DNA of 64,000 nucleotides. Origin: Gemmatimonadales bacterium UBA6960. GTDB lineage: Bacteria; Gemmatimonadota; Gemmatimonadetes; Longimicrobiales; Gaopeijiaceae. The stretch covers positions 3,177-67,176 of the forward strand of contig CAUZVZ010000001.1 of the NCBI GenBank assembly GCA_963583605.1, read 5' to 3'. A program made the translations under genes and the position numbers. Positions 19,870-29,816 of this stretch are shown here, in pieces. The notes below the pieces were generated by a model. The model saw only the letters and a list, made by a program, of their open reading frames with translations, was not told the origin of the DNA and ran no database searches. How positions within the stretch are numbered: position 1 is the first letter of the stretch; each line of letters starts with the position of its first letter.

Positions 19870-21123
19870 GTGGATATCGCCCAGTTGAGAAGCAAGAGTC
19901 TTGGAGACCTCCACGACATGGCGGAGGAACTCAAGATCTCCAACTACGTCGGGCTCCGCACACAGGATCTGATCTTCCGGATCGAACAGAGCCTGCTCGA
20001 CGACGAGGTGGTCCTCAGGGGCGAGGGTGTCTTGGAGATCTTGGCCGAGGGCTACGGTTTCCTGCGCTCACAGGATTGGAACTATCTGTACGGGCCGGAC
20101 GACATCTATGTCAGTCCATCGCAGATCAAACGCTTCGATCTCCGCACCGGCGACACGGTGCTCGGCCAGGTCCGGCCCCCGAAGGAGGGAGAGCGCTACC
20201 TCGCACTGCTGAAGGTCGAAATCATCAACGGAGACGCACCGGAGAACGCCAAGCAAAGGGTCGTTTTCGACAACTTGCGTCCTTGCTATCCGGAACACCG
20301 GCTCAAGTTGGAGATTGTTGACACCGACCTGTCGATGCGGGTCGTGGACCTCGTCGCACCGGTCGGCATGGGCCAACGCGGTCTGATCGTGTCACCACCG
20401 AAGGCCGGAAAGACGGTGTTGCTGCAGAGGATGGCGAACGCCATCACGACGAACCACCCCGATACGCACCTCATTGTGCTGCTCATCGACGAGCGGCCTG
20501 AGGAGGTTACCGACATGGAGGAGCAAGTCGATGGGGAGGTGATCTCGTCAACGTTCGATGAACCCGCAGGCCGGCATGTGCAGGTCGCCGATATGGTGTT
20601 GGAAAAGGCCAAGCGTCTCGTAGAGACGGGGAAGGATGTGGTCATCCTGCTCGACTCCATCACCCGCCTCGCCCGCGCATACAACACCACGATGCCGCAT
20701 TCGGGGAAAATTCTCTCCGGAGGCGTGGACGCGAACGCACTTCACAAGCCCAAGCGATTTTTCGGAGCCGCGAGGAACATCGACGGAGGCGGCTCCTTGA
20801 CGATCATCGCCACGGCTCTGGTCGACACCGGTAGCCGCATGGACGAGGTCATTTTCGAAGAGTTCAAGGGCACCGGAAACATGGAGTTGATCCTGGACCG
20901 GCACATCTCGGACAAGCGAATCTTCCCGGCCATCGACATCAACAAGTCGGGAACCCGCAAAGAGGAGCTCCTCTTGTCCTCCAACGAACTCAACCGCGTG
21001 CACCTCCTCCGGAACTTCCTGTCCGACAACCCGCCCACGGAAGCCATCGAGTTTCTGTTGGAGCGCATGTCGCGGACTGAGACCAATCAGGAGTTCTTGG
21101 ACTCCATGACCGAGGGCGCCTGA
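19870..21123 (+). CDS. rho: Transcription termination factor Rho
   Basis: 417 aa with a GTG start. Contains the N-terminal Rho domain ([23 protein letters not shown]), an RNA-binding domain and an ATPase with PPKAGKT. Confidence 0.95.
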   Translation: MDIAQLRSKSLGDLHDMAEELKISNYVGLRTQDLIFRIEQSLLDDEVVLRGEGVLEILAEGYGFLRSQDWNYLYGPDDIYVSPSQIKRFDLRTGDTVLGQVRPPKEGERYLALLKVEIINGDAPENAKQRVVFDNLRPCYPEHRLKLEIVDTDLSMRVVDLVAPVGMGQRGLIVSPPKAGKTVLLQRMANAITTNHPDTHLIVLLIDERPEEVTDMEEQVDGEVISSTFDEPAGRHVQVADMVLEKAKRLVETGKDVVILLDSITRLARAYNTTMPHSGKILSGGVDANALHKPKRFFGAARNIDGGGSLTIIATALVDTGSRMDEVIFEEFKGTGNMELILDRHISDKRIFPAIDINKSGTRKEELLLSSNELNRVHLLRNFLSDNPPTEAIEFLLERMSRTETNQEFLDSMTEGA

Positions 21124-21275
21124 CAAGGCCGACTCGGTGTGAATCAGCATGCCGTCGTGTGAATCGATGCTGTCGATGTGAAGCTATGTGCAAACGTGAG
21201 GCCTCCGTTCGTCCTCTAGGTTGACGGGACCGATTTCTTCGATCCTGCAACAGGACACGACTCAGAGGAACCACC

Positions 21276-23184
21276 ATGCGCGCCTTCCTTCTTCTCTTGG
21301 CGATGCTCACCGGCTTGATCTCAGACGGGCCGCGGACGACCAACTCGACGGCCACCGCCCGAGTGGGCACATATTCAACGGTGGTGTCGGGTACGATCAC
21401 CGACGCCGTCTCCGGAGCCCCGCTCGGGGGGGCACAGATCTACGTGGAGGGCCTCACCCTCAGCGCGCTGGCTGCGAACGACGGGCGGTATCGACTCACG
21501 ATTCCGGCGTCCGCAGGGTCGGAGGTCGAAATTCGAACCGATCTGATCGGGTACGCTCCGATGACGAAGCGGGTGAGTCTGGGCGCCCAATCGCTTGCCC
21601 TGGACTTCGCTCTCCAGTTGCCGGCGCCCTCCGAATCACCCGACGACAGGGACGCGAGGGACACGGCTGAGGTCATCGGCGGTGCCGCAGGGGCGGACGC
21701 TGAACGGTTGAAGGTAAGAACGGACGACGCTTCCGTGGCCCCCGGCCTGCCACGGGCGCTTTACCAGAGTTCGCGCCGCATTGAGGCCCAACAGCGACAG
21801 TCGGGACCGGCCAATCGCGGCCTGCTACCAGCGGGACAGAGGCTTCGCGGACGGTACAACGGAGATTTTCAGCGTGAGGGTTACGACCGGATCTACAACG
21901 AGTTCATGGCTATGGGGGCCAACCCGCTCTCCACGTTCGGAATCGACGTGGACCGCGCGTCCTACTCCAACGTTCGCCGCTTCATCCGTGACGGGCAGCT
22001 TCCGCCGGCGGACGCCGTTCGTATCGAGGAGTTGATCAACTACTTCAGCTACGACATGCCCGACCCCGATGGACCCGATCCGTTTTCGGTTCACACGGAG
22101 GTCGGACCCGCCCCGTGGAATCCCGTCCACCGTCTCGTGCGCATTGGGATTCAAGGCCGGCGGGTCGATACCGAGGACCTTCCCCGAGCAACCTCGTTTT
22201 CCTCGTGGACGTCCCCGGCTCCATGCAGCCCGCGAACAAATTGCCGCTGCTGAAGTCGGCCCTCCGCATGCTCGTAAACCAGATGCGGCCTCAAGACCGC
22301 GTGGCGATCGTCGTATACGCTGGCGGCGGCGGGCTCGTCCTCGATCCCACATCCGGCGAGCACAAGGAGACCATCCTCGAAGCACTGTCACGGCCGGGGG
22401 CACCGGCCTACGCCTGGCGTACGGCGTGGCGCGGCGACATCACATGGACGGCGGAAACAACCGTGTGATCCTGGCGAGCGACGGCGACTTCAACGTCGGA
22501 GCGTCGAGTGACGCTGAGATGATACGCTTGATCGAACAACGCCGGGATGAAGGGACCTTCCTGACGGTGCTCAGTTTCGGGACCGGCAACCTCCAGGACG
22601 CGAAGATGGAGCAGATCGCGGACCATGGAAACGGCAACTTCGCCTACATAGACAGTGCGCACGAAGCCCAGAAGGTGCTGGTCAAGGAATTCGGGGGCAC
22701 GCTTCACATAATCGCGAAGGACGTGAAGCTTCAGGTGGAATTCAATCCAGCCCGTGTCCAGGCATATCGTTTGATCGGATACGAAAATCGTATTCTGGCA
22801 GCGGAGGACTTCAACGACGACCTGAAGGACTCTGGAGACCTGGGGGCGGGGCACACCGTAACCGCATTGTACGAGATCATTCCAACGGGGGTGGACACCA
22901 GCACACCCATTCGGGGCCTCGACGAGTCGCGCTACCAGCGCACCGGCGCGCAGGATTCGCTCCGTGGCAGCCCGGAGATGCTCTTCGTCAAATTGCGCTA
23001 CAAAGAACCGACTGAGGTGGCGGCGTTCGGCATGGTACTACGCGACTCGAAGTACTGCGGCTCCGTAGACCTGGCGGCGGTTCTCCGCTCGGCCCGTAGT
23101 TCGGTGGGCCCATACCTAGAGGGATGCCGGAGAGAGTTCGTGCGCATGGTCGAGGAGGCACGACACCTGGAGGATCGCAGTTGA
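21276..23184 (+). pseudogene. vWA domain protein (YfbK-like, CarboxypepD_reg N-terminus), two frameshifts
   Basis: The protein can be followed through three frames. ORF 21276..22253 carries ...[24 protein letters not shown]...[11 protein letters not shown] 22115..22468 carries [25 protein letters not shown]...ILEALS. ORF 22069..23184 carries TAGGTGLRLAYGVA...NRVILASDGDFNVG...RLIGYENR. The shifts are near 22175-22192 (a CCCC run) and 22388-22410 (a GGGGG run). Confidence 0.8.
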
Positions 23185-23215
23185 CCCTCCTGCCGCAGAC
23201 GGCGACTCTGGAGCC

Positions 23216-23695
23216 ATGGATCAAGCAATGCAAGACCGGGCTGAGCAGATCTTCGAAGAGGCGCTGGTGCAGACGGGCGCGAAGGACCCGAGGGAGTTCT
23301 ATCGGAAGCGCCTTCGTGAGATGAAGGCGGACAACCCGGAAGCCTACGGTGAGGCGGTAGCGTATTACGAGAACGATATCGCACCCTCGATTGCCGAGGC
23401 CGGCGACGACCCCTTGACGGCTTGGCAGCGCTTCGGATGCCGCGTGGCTGAGCTGACGGTCGCCGGAACGCCCATAGAGGTTGATGCGACCGGGCGCAGG
23501 CTCCCATACGCGCCGCCCACGCCCGCCGATCGAATGGTGCTCCACATACCCCAAGGCACGAGAGGCCGCGCGCTCGTGGTGGGACTCCCGCCGGAACTAT
23601 CCGCGGCGCAGTTGGCTACTTATGATCTTCTGGTCGGGGGCCGCCAAAAACTACGCGATGAAGGAGCCGGAAGCCCGGAAAACTATGACGTCTGA
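23216..23695 (+). CDS. Hypothetical protein
   Basis: 159-aa ORF with no family recognised. Its stop overlaps the start of the next ORF. Confidence 0.55.
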   Translation: MDQAMQDRAEQIFEEALVQTGAKDPREFYRKRLREMKADNPEAYGEAVAYYENDIAPSIAEAGDDPLTAWQRFGCRVAELTVAGTPIEVDATGRRLPYAPPTPADRMVLHIPQGTRGRALVVGLPPELSAAQLATYDLLVGGRQKLRDEGAGSPENYDV

Positions 23696-23969
23696 ACAAA
23701 GACTTCGAACTCCGATGAACCTCATCTGGGCACCGCGCCCGGGATGGGCGACGGTGCGCTTGGTTGGAACGTGCGCGGATCGCAGCCTTCGGCGAGGACA
23801 AGTCGTTCTCCACACACCGAGTGAAGAGTACAACATCCCCGGGCAGGACGAGGGGCTGACGCCGGGGATACTCGTCATCATCCTCCATGAGGCGGCGCGG
23901 CTGGTCGAGGACGATCTACATCTCGTGCCGGAGCACTCGATCGTGGCCATCGGAGAAGCTCTGCCCTAG
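23685..23969 (+). CDS. Hypothetical small protein (possibly GroES-like beta fold)
   Basis: Internal ATG at 23685 of ORF 23481..23969, with an ATGACGTCTGA overlap with the upstream stop. 94 aa, MTSEQRLRTPMNLIW...DLHLVPEHSIVAIGEALP. GC3 is moderately high. Confidence 0.4.
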   Translation: MTSEQRLRTPMNLIWAPRPGWATVRLVGTCADRSLRRGQVVLHTPSEEYNIPGQDEGLTPGILVIILHEAARLVEDDLHLVPEHSIVAIGEALP

Positions 23970-25780
23970 TCCTCCACCATATAGGCGAGACCCCAAGCCC
24001 CGATGCCGAGGTGCGTCGCGAGCACAGGCGTGATCGGCGCGTTGAGGATTTCGACGTTCCCATAGCGGGCCACCAGGAGCTCCCGTACTTCGGGCACGAT
24101 CTCCGGAATACCGACGTGCACGATGCCGAAGCGAAGCGTCTCCGGAACACGCTCCATGTCCTCCGCGACGGCATCCAGGAGTGCCATGATGACGCGCTTT
24201 CTACCCACCGCAGTGGCGCGGGGCACCACCTTGCCCTCTCGATCGAGGGCCAAGATGGGTTTGACGTTCAACAGAGTTCCGAAGAATGCCTTGCTCCGGC
24301 TGACCCTGCCGGACGCCAAGAGGCGGTCGAATGTCTCAATCGTGAACATGACGCCCGACTGGTCTCTGATGCGGCTCAGCTCCTCGACGATCTCATCAGC
24401 GGGCACGGCCATCTCCGCCATCTCAGTGGCCTTCAGCACCAAGAGCCCCTGAAGAAGAGAGGCTCCCCGAGAGTCCGCGAGATGGATCGGCAGATCCGGC
24501 TCCTGGCCAGCGGCCGCTTCCGCGGACCGGTAGGTGCCGGAGAGAGCCGAGCTCACGATCACACACACCACCTGCTCGGCATCTGCCGCCGCCCGCTTGA
24601 ACCCCTCCAGAAACGAGGCGGGTGGAGGTTGCGAGGTCGTCGGTAGCTGCTCCTGCGCGGCCAACATCTTGTGAAACCGCTCCGCCGTCAGGTCCACCCC
24701 GTCCCTGTAGACGTTGTCACCATCGACCAACATCATCGGGACCACCTGTATACCGTGGGCGCGGATGATCTCCTCTGGAAGGTCAGCAGCACTGTCCGTG
24801 AGGACGCCGACAGGACGGCGCGCGAGGGCGAGATGCGAGCCCGAAGCACGCTCGACTGCGTCGTACTGAGCCTTCATGTCCTCCGCTTTATGGGTGACTA
24901 ACTCCCCTAAACCCTTGAGATACGAGAACACCTCCTCGGGCTCATCCGTGTGGATATGAACCTTGAGCACGTCATCGGAGCGGATCACGATCATCGAGTC
25001 ACCGCAGGTGCGTAAGTTGCCGCGAACCTCTTTCTGATCGGGTAGGTCATCGCCCCGGACGAAGGCTTCGGTGCAGAACCGATATTGCTCGACCCGATCC
25101 GGGTATTCGATGGAGCTCACGACCGGGGGACCGGCCGTGTAGTCCGCATCGGTTCCGATGGGCAACGGATCCCCACGTAGAAACATGACGACGCCTTCGA
25201 GGAGACTCACAAAGCCTTTCGCGCCCGCGTCGACGACACCCGCCGCGGAGAGCACCGGCAGGAGCTCCGGGGTCCGCTCCAAAGAGTCACGGGCCTGGTC
25301 CAGCATATGCTCAGCTAGCGGGGCGATGTCTTGGATTTCCGCGCCAGATACAGCCCGGGCAGTATCTCGCATGACCGTGAGAATCGTACCCTCCACCGGG
25401 GCTTCGAGCGCCTCGGAGAGGGTCTGGACCCCGGCTTCCAGCGCGCCACCGAAAGACGAAGCATCCATCCGAGTTTGACCCTCGAGGCTCTGAGCGAAAC
25501 CCAGAAGAAAGTGGGACAGCATCATGCCGCAGTTTCCGCGGGCCCCCATCACGGCAGCCTGCGCCGCCTCCTGCGCCACCACACCCACTGATCTCTCAGT
25601 GCTTTGTCTGAGATGATCTGAGATCGCCTGCAGCGTGAGGGACAGGTTGGTCCCGGTGTCTCCGTCAGGGACAGGAAACACGTTGATACGGTTAAGCTCT
25701 CCACGCTGCTGCTGCGCCCAATAGCAGCCCGCGGTGAGAGCCCGCCGCAGCCTCGGACCATCGATGTAGCCAATCTTCAT
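23966..25780 (-). CDS. DAK2 (DhaL/FakA-like) domain fused to DegV (FakB-like) domain protein
   Basis: Lies in ORF 23966..25828. The N-terminal half has the DAK2 motif NVFPVPDGDTGTNLSLTL. The C-terminal half is a full DegV-like domain (VGVLTDSAADLP...SSALSGTY...VHVGIPE). Start set at ATG 25780 (MKIGYIDG). Confidence 0.8.
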   Translation of the reverse strand: MKIGYIDGPRLRRALTAGCYWAQQQRGELNRINVFPVPDGDTGTNLSLTLQAISDHLRQSTERSVGVVAQEAAQAAVMGARGNCGMMLSHFLLGFAQSLEGQTRMDASSFGGALEAGVQTLSEALEAPVEGTILTVMRDTARAVSGAEIQDIAPLAEHMLDQARDSLERTPELLPVLSAAGVVDAGAKGFVSLLEGVVMFLRGDPLPIGTDADYTAGPPVVSSIEYPDRVEQYRFCTEAFVRGDDLPDQKEVRGNLRTCGDSMIVIRSDDVLKVHIHTDEPEEVFSYLKGLGELVTHKAEDMKAQYDAVERASGSHLALARRPVGVLTDSAADLPEEIIRAHGIQVVPMMLVDGDNVYRDGVDLTAERFHKMLAAQEQLPTTSQPPPASFLEGFKRAAADAEQVVCVIVSSALSGTYRSAEAAAGQEPDLPIHLADSRGASLLQGLLVLKATEMAEMAVPADEIVEELSRIRDQSGVMFTIETFDRLLASGRVSRSKAFFGTLLNVKPILALDREGKVVPRATAVGRKRVIMALLDAVAEDMERVPETLRFGIVHVGIPEIVPEVRELLVARYGNVEILNAPITPVLATHLGIGAWGLAYMVED

Positions 25781-25943
25781 GCGGCAAGATCGACGCTGAC
25801 GAGTGACCGTGCAAATGATCGCACCCAAGAAGCCACACAGACTGAGTCCAAAAGGCCATCTCGGGTGTACCTCTCTTTCTCAGGATCGTACTGAGCCTCA
25901 ACCAGGCCAGAGCTCTTCAACAGCCTTCCAGGGCGGATCGGAT

Positions 25944-26288
25944 ATGGGCGAACTGAAACACATGAAATGTGAGGCCTGCCAGCGCGGGGCCCCGCGAGTC
26001 ACGGCAGAGGAAAGTCAAGCGCTACACACGCATATCCCCGAATGGGCGCTCGTGGAGCGAGAGGGCATTCAGCGTCTCGAGCGGGATTTCGACTTTGGGG
26101 ACTTCGCCAAAGCACTCGCCTTTACGAACTCCGTAGGGCGTGTGGCCGAGGAGGAGGGCCATCACCCAGCGCTGCTGACGGAGTGGGGGAAAGTCACGGT
26201 GACCTGGTGGACCCACAAAATCCGTGGTCTCCACCAAAACGACTTCATCATGGCCGCCAAGACCGACCAGCTCTTCCCCAGCGACTAG
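25944..26288 (+). CDS. phhB: 4a-hydroxytetrahydrobiopterin dehydratase
   Basis: The C-terminal 114 aa of ORF 25803..26288, starting [12 protein letters not shown]. Contains [33 protein letters not shown]. Confidence 0.85.
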   Translation: MGELKHMKCEACQRGAPRVTAEESQALHTHIPEWALVEREGIQRLERDFDFGDFAKALAFTNSVGRVAEEEGHHPALLTEWGKVTVTWWTHKIRGLHQNDFIMAAKTDQLFPSD

Positions 26289-26315
26289 ACGAGCAAGGCT
26301 GGCAAAGTAATGTTG

Positions 26316-27366
26316 CTACGCCCCTTGTTCGACCCCCAGTAAGCGCTGTTTGCGCCACAGCCCCCCACCGTATCCCGTCAACTTCCCGTCGGATCCGATC
26401 ACTCGGTGGCATGGGATCAGGATGGCGATGCGATTATCCCCGTTCGCTCGCGCGACGGCCCTGACCGCCGTGGGGCGACCGATCTCAGCGGCGATGCCTC
26501 CGTAGCTCCGCGTGGTCCCCGAGGGTATGGCTCGAAGCCGACTCCACACGAGACGCTGGAATTCAGTGCCGGGGGTGAGGAGCGGCACACTGAACTCCGT
26601 CAGGTCCCCCCGGAAGTAGCGCTCAAGTTCGGACGTGAGTTCGGTGAAGAGGGCACTCACTCCGGGAACGAACACGCAATCCAGGTGCTTCTGCAGCCGA
26701 ATGATCTGCGTCTCGATCATCCGTCGGTCGGAAAACCAGAGAAGGCAGAGTGCGTCATCGACCGACCCGGCGACCATGGGCCCCAGGGGCGTCGGGATCC
26801 GCATTAGCGTGACGACTTTGGCATCGGTCAGCGCGGTGGGAGCTTCTCCCATGAAGCGCTTGAACGCCTCGTTGAAGCCACTCAAGGAATCGTAGCCCGT
26901 TTGGAACGCTGCTTGACTCACCCCGGATCCATGCTTGATCTGTCCTAGCGCCATACCCAATCGGCACGCCCGTAAGCGTGAAATCTCATCCCATGGTGGG
27001 ACTGAAACCAACGGCGTACACGCTCCGGGCTCAGCCCCCGGTCTCGAAGCTCTTGATCCGTCCAGCGCGCCTCCCCGGCTCGGCATCGAAGTCCCGCATG
27101 AGGTCCCCGAGCCAAGCTGGCCGCGAGGGGCCCGACGGCTCCATGGGCCAGCACCTCTTGCAGGGCCTGAAGCCTGCGAGCAGGGCGGCTTGAGTCGACG
27201 AGAAGAACTCGACGTTCTCCTCGCGAGGCTTCTTCGCGGGGCACGTGGTGCGGCAGAAAACGCCCGTGGTCCGCACTCCGGTGAAGAACACCCCGTCGCA
27301 AGACCCGTCGCGCGAAAGAAAAGCCGAAATCATTTCGCCGTGGTGCGGCATCGTTTGTGTATTCAT
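26316..27366 (-). pseudogene. ada: Ada-type methylphosphotriester/O6-methylguanine DNA methyltransferase, two frameshifts
   Basis: Three frames are needed. Frame 1 holds the Zn domain, from ATG 27366 (FFTGVRTTGVFCRTTCPAKKP...FRPCKRCWP). Frame 2 holds HTH part 1 (ARWTDQELRDRGLSPERVRRWFQSHHGMRFHAY; ORF 26945..27301). Frame 3 holds HTH part 2 plus MGMT (LRACRLGMALGQI...GFNEAFKRFMG...IPCHRVIGSDG; ORF 26316..27086). The shifts are near 27068-27085 and 26968-26982. Confidence 0.8.
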
Positions 27367-27559
27367 GCGAGTCAATTTAGGGCGCTCAGGTAGCACAGTC
27401 CACCGAAAAAACGACGTCGAATTGGGTTCAATGAGGGCACCATCATCGGGCGGACAAAAGCGGACATAATACGGGTCCGTGGAGTTTGGCATCCTTCCTG
27501 CACCTAGTGACCCCAAGCAGTGGGTTGCCGGTTGGGATCTAATCACGGGAGGATCGAAC

Positions 27560-28228
27560 ATGGATAGGCGCACCAGTTTACGGCCCCGCATGATCATGGG
27601 AGCCGCTTTAACGCTTACAGGCCTCACGGCGGCGTGCGCGCACGTAGGGCAGGAACAGTTCGACACGGAGATCGCCGCCCTTCGGGCTGAGATCGAGCAG
27701 AACAGCGGCGACTCGAACCGTCGCACACAAGCGCAGTTGGCCCAACTGGAGGCCCAGTTGGACGGGCTCGCCAGAGGTCTCACACAGCTAGAACGGGAGT
27801 TCGACGTCACCGTGCAGCGGCTCGAAACATCGGTTCGCTTCGACATGCCGGTGTATTTCGACTTCGACAAGGCGAACTTGCGACCGGAGGATCTCCCGGT
27901 ACTCGACCGCTTCGCCGGTGTGGTGGGCGAGTACTACCCGGATGCCCTTCTGACCGTCGAGGGATTCACGGATCCATCCGGCTCAGCGACGTACAACCTC
28001 GCACTCGGTCAGCGCCGAGCCGAAGCGGTCCAGTGTTACCTGATCGATTCTGAGGACTTCGCGCCGGAGTTCGTCAGGGCCGTAAGCTACGGTGAGGACG
28101 CGGGCCGTCTCGTCGCGCCTGGCCAGGGCGGGCCGGAGGGGGGTTGGGAGAATCGGAGAGTGGTGCTCGTCATCGAGCACGTCGGCTACGGGACCGACAC
28201 ACAGATCGCCACCGCGGGCGATCTGTAG
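27560..28228 (+). CDS. OmpA family lipoprotein (Pal-like)
   Basis: Lies in ORF 27479..28228. Start set at ATG 27560 after GGAGG, giving the lipobox LTGLTAAC. The OmpA_C block is YFDFDKANLRPED...VEGFTDPSGSATYNLALGQRRAEAV. Confidence 0.8.
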   Translation: MDRRTSLRPRMIMGAALTLTGLTAACAHVGQEQFDTEIAALRAEIEQNSGDSNRRTQAQLAQLEAQLDGLARGLTQLEREFDVTVQRLETSVRFDMPVYFDFDKANLRPEDLPVLDRFAGVVGEYYPDALLTVEGFTDPSGSATYNLALGQRRAEAVQCYLIDSEDFAPEFVRAVSYGEDAGRLVAPGQGGPEGGWENRRVVLVIEHVGYGTDTQIATAGDL

Positions 28229-28323
28229 TCACCGGTCAATAGCCCGAACTCACCAAAGCCCTCAGCGTCGAGCCGGGCCGGCCGGGTCATGATGCGACTC
28301 GCGCCGGCCGACTCCGTCTACCC

Positions 28324-28863
28324 TCAGCGGGGAAGGTCCAGAGCCTCAGTGACCTCCGTCGCCACCCGCGTCAGCAACAATCTTCTTTCCTCTTCCTCCG
28401 CGGAGCCGGCCTCGAACTCGTTTCGCCAGAGGCTGCTACCATCATCGACGCGGAGTAACTCCACGACGAGTGTGGCGGAAAGGCCTCCGGGAACCTCACG
28501 CCCGACCAGAACCATGTCGGCGGCGAGCGTCTGCCCCACCGCCAGAGGATCAGCCCCGGCCTCGACGTACCGGGACGTGCTGGCCGGTCCGAACACGCCC
28601 AGGACATTCGGGTCGGCACGACCGAAATAGGCCGCCAGCCCCTCACCGAACCCCGAGTACCGGCTCGATCCATCCGCCGGATCCAGTCCCTGGAACGGAA
28701 GCACGGCCAAGACCCGCCTTCCCTCGGGAGCGCTTTGGTCACCCCGCACCACCATAAACAGGATTGAACCAACGAAGAGTGCGGACACCATGATGAGAAG
28801 AGTCGTCAGCGTCCGGCGCGCCGCGGCCCGCTGGTCGTCCGCGATCTGAAAAGAATTTTCCAT
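28324..28863 (-). CDS. Hypothetical membrane-anchored protein (TolB-N-like AVLPF motif)
   Basis: 179 aa with one N-terminal TM helix, followed by VLAVLPFQGLD and a small periplasmic domain. Confidence 0.55.
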   Translation of the reverse strand: MENSFQIADDQRAAARRTLTTLLIMVSALFVGSILFMVVRGDQSAPEGRRVLAVLPFQGLDPADGSSRYSGFGEGLAAYFGRADPNVLGVFGPASTSRYVEAGADPLAVGQTLAADMVLVGREVPGGLSATLVVELLRVDDGSSLWRNEFEAGSAEEEERRLLLTRVATEVTEALDLPR

Positions 28864-28886
28864 CGTCAGTCGGCGCTCAAAAAACC

Positions 28887-29816
28887 CTAAAGGTCCAGCG
28901 CGAAGCCGAGACCGTAAAACGTCTCGTTCGACTGGCGAAAATGGCCCATTGGCGTGGATCCGAAGCGAGCCCTGGCTTCCAGCCGGAAGCGTTGCCCGCT
29001 CACACGCAACACCATGCCCCCGACCAGAGTGGTCCCAAACTGCTCAGAGAAGCTCCCGTACTCGAAGTCGCTCGCGAAAAACGGCCAGTAGCCATTGTCC
29101 TCTCCAGGCTGGACCGGCTCCCATTCGCCCCCGAAGCGCGCCGTGGCTTGGGACATCTGCTCATTCGTGTGGAAGTTCCAATCACCCCCCGCGTAGAGGC
29201 GCACACTCTCCCCGACCCTGCGGGCCACGATCCCCTCGAACCCGTCCTTCGAAGTCTGCCCGAAGCCACCCAAGGCGGTCACGTTGAAAAAACGCACGAG
29301 GTGATCATCCCCGAGATGTGAACTGACATGCCGGAGCGTCAGCCTGGACTCCCAGGGACCAATCCGGATCGAGAGGGGGAGGCCTATGCGAAAATCACTA
29401 TTGATGAGGTCCTTCTGGGCCACCTCCATGAAGAAGCGGGAGAAGATCCCCATTTCGATTCCCAGAGTCATCGCCCGGCCCGCCGCCGACCCATCGTCGA
29501 GCCGTAGCAGGCCGAGCATGTGGCCGACGGCAACTTCCGCCTCGATGTTTCGTCCCCCGTATCCGTCTCCGTCGAGCAGGTTCCCGGGGCGTTCCGCATA
29601 GACGAACGAGGCTCGTACTTGTACCTCGCGCGGAGTGGCGATCAGGGACGCAAACGGCTCGACGTCCGGAAACCATCGCGACTCGAGCTGCGCCGAGGCC
29701 GGAGCGGGGGACAGCAGGACCAAAGTGGCCCCGACCAAGGTGACGAGGCACGAGGTGGCCAAGCAAGGACAGACCCTCGCCACTCGGCGTTCACCAGGCC
29801 GACTATTCAAATGCAC
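28887..29816 (-). CDS. DUF1207-like outer-membrane protein (start uncertain; GTG 29783 possible)
   Basis: 309 aa with a signal peptide ending PAPASAQ, then WFPDVEPFASLIATPREVQ and a beta-rich body. This resembles the DUF1207 pattern. The assignment was made by eye. Confidence 0.6.
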   Translation of the reverse strand: MHLNSRPGERRVARVCPCLATSCLVTLVGATLVLLSPAPASAQLESRWFPDVEPFASLIATPREVQVRASFVYAERPGNLLDGDGYGGRNIEAEVAVGHMLGLLRLDDGSAAGRAMTLGIEMGIFSRFFMEVAQKDLINSDFRIGLPLSIRIGPWESRLTLRHVSSHLGDDHLVRFFNVTALGGFGQTSKDGFEGIVARRVGESVRLYAGGDWNFHTNEQMSQATARFGGEWEPVQPGEDNGYWPFFASDFEYGSFSEQFGTTLVGGMVLRVSGQRFRLEARARFGSTPMGHFRQSNETFYGLGFALDL

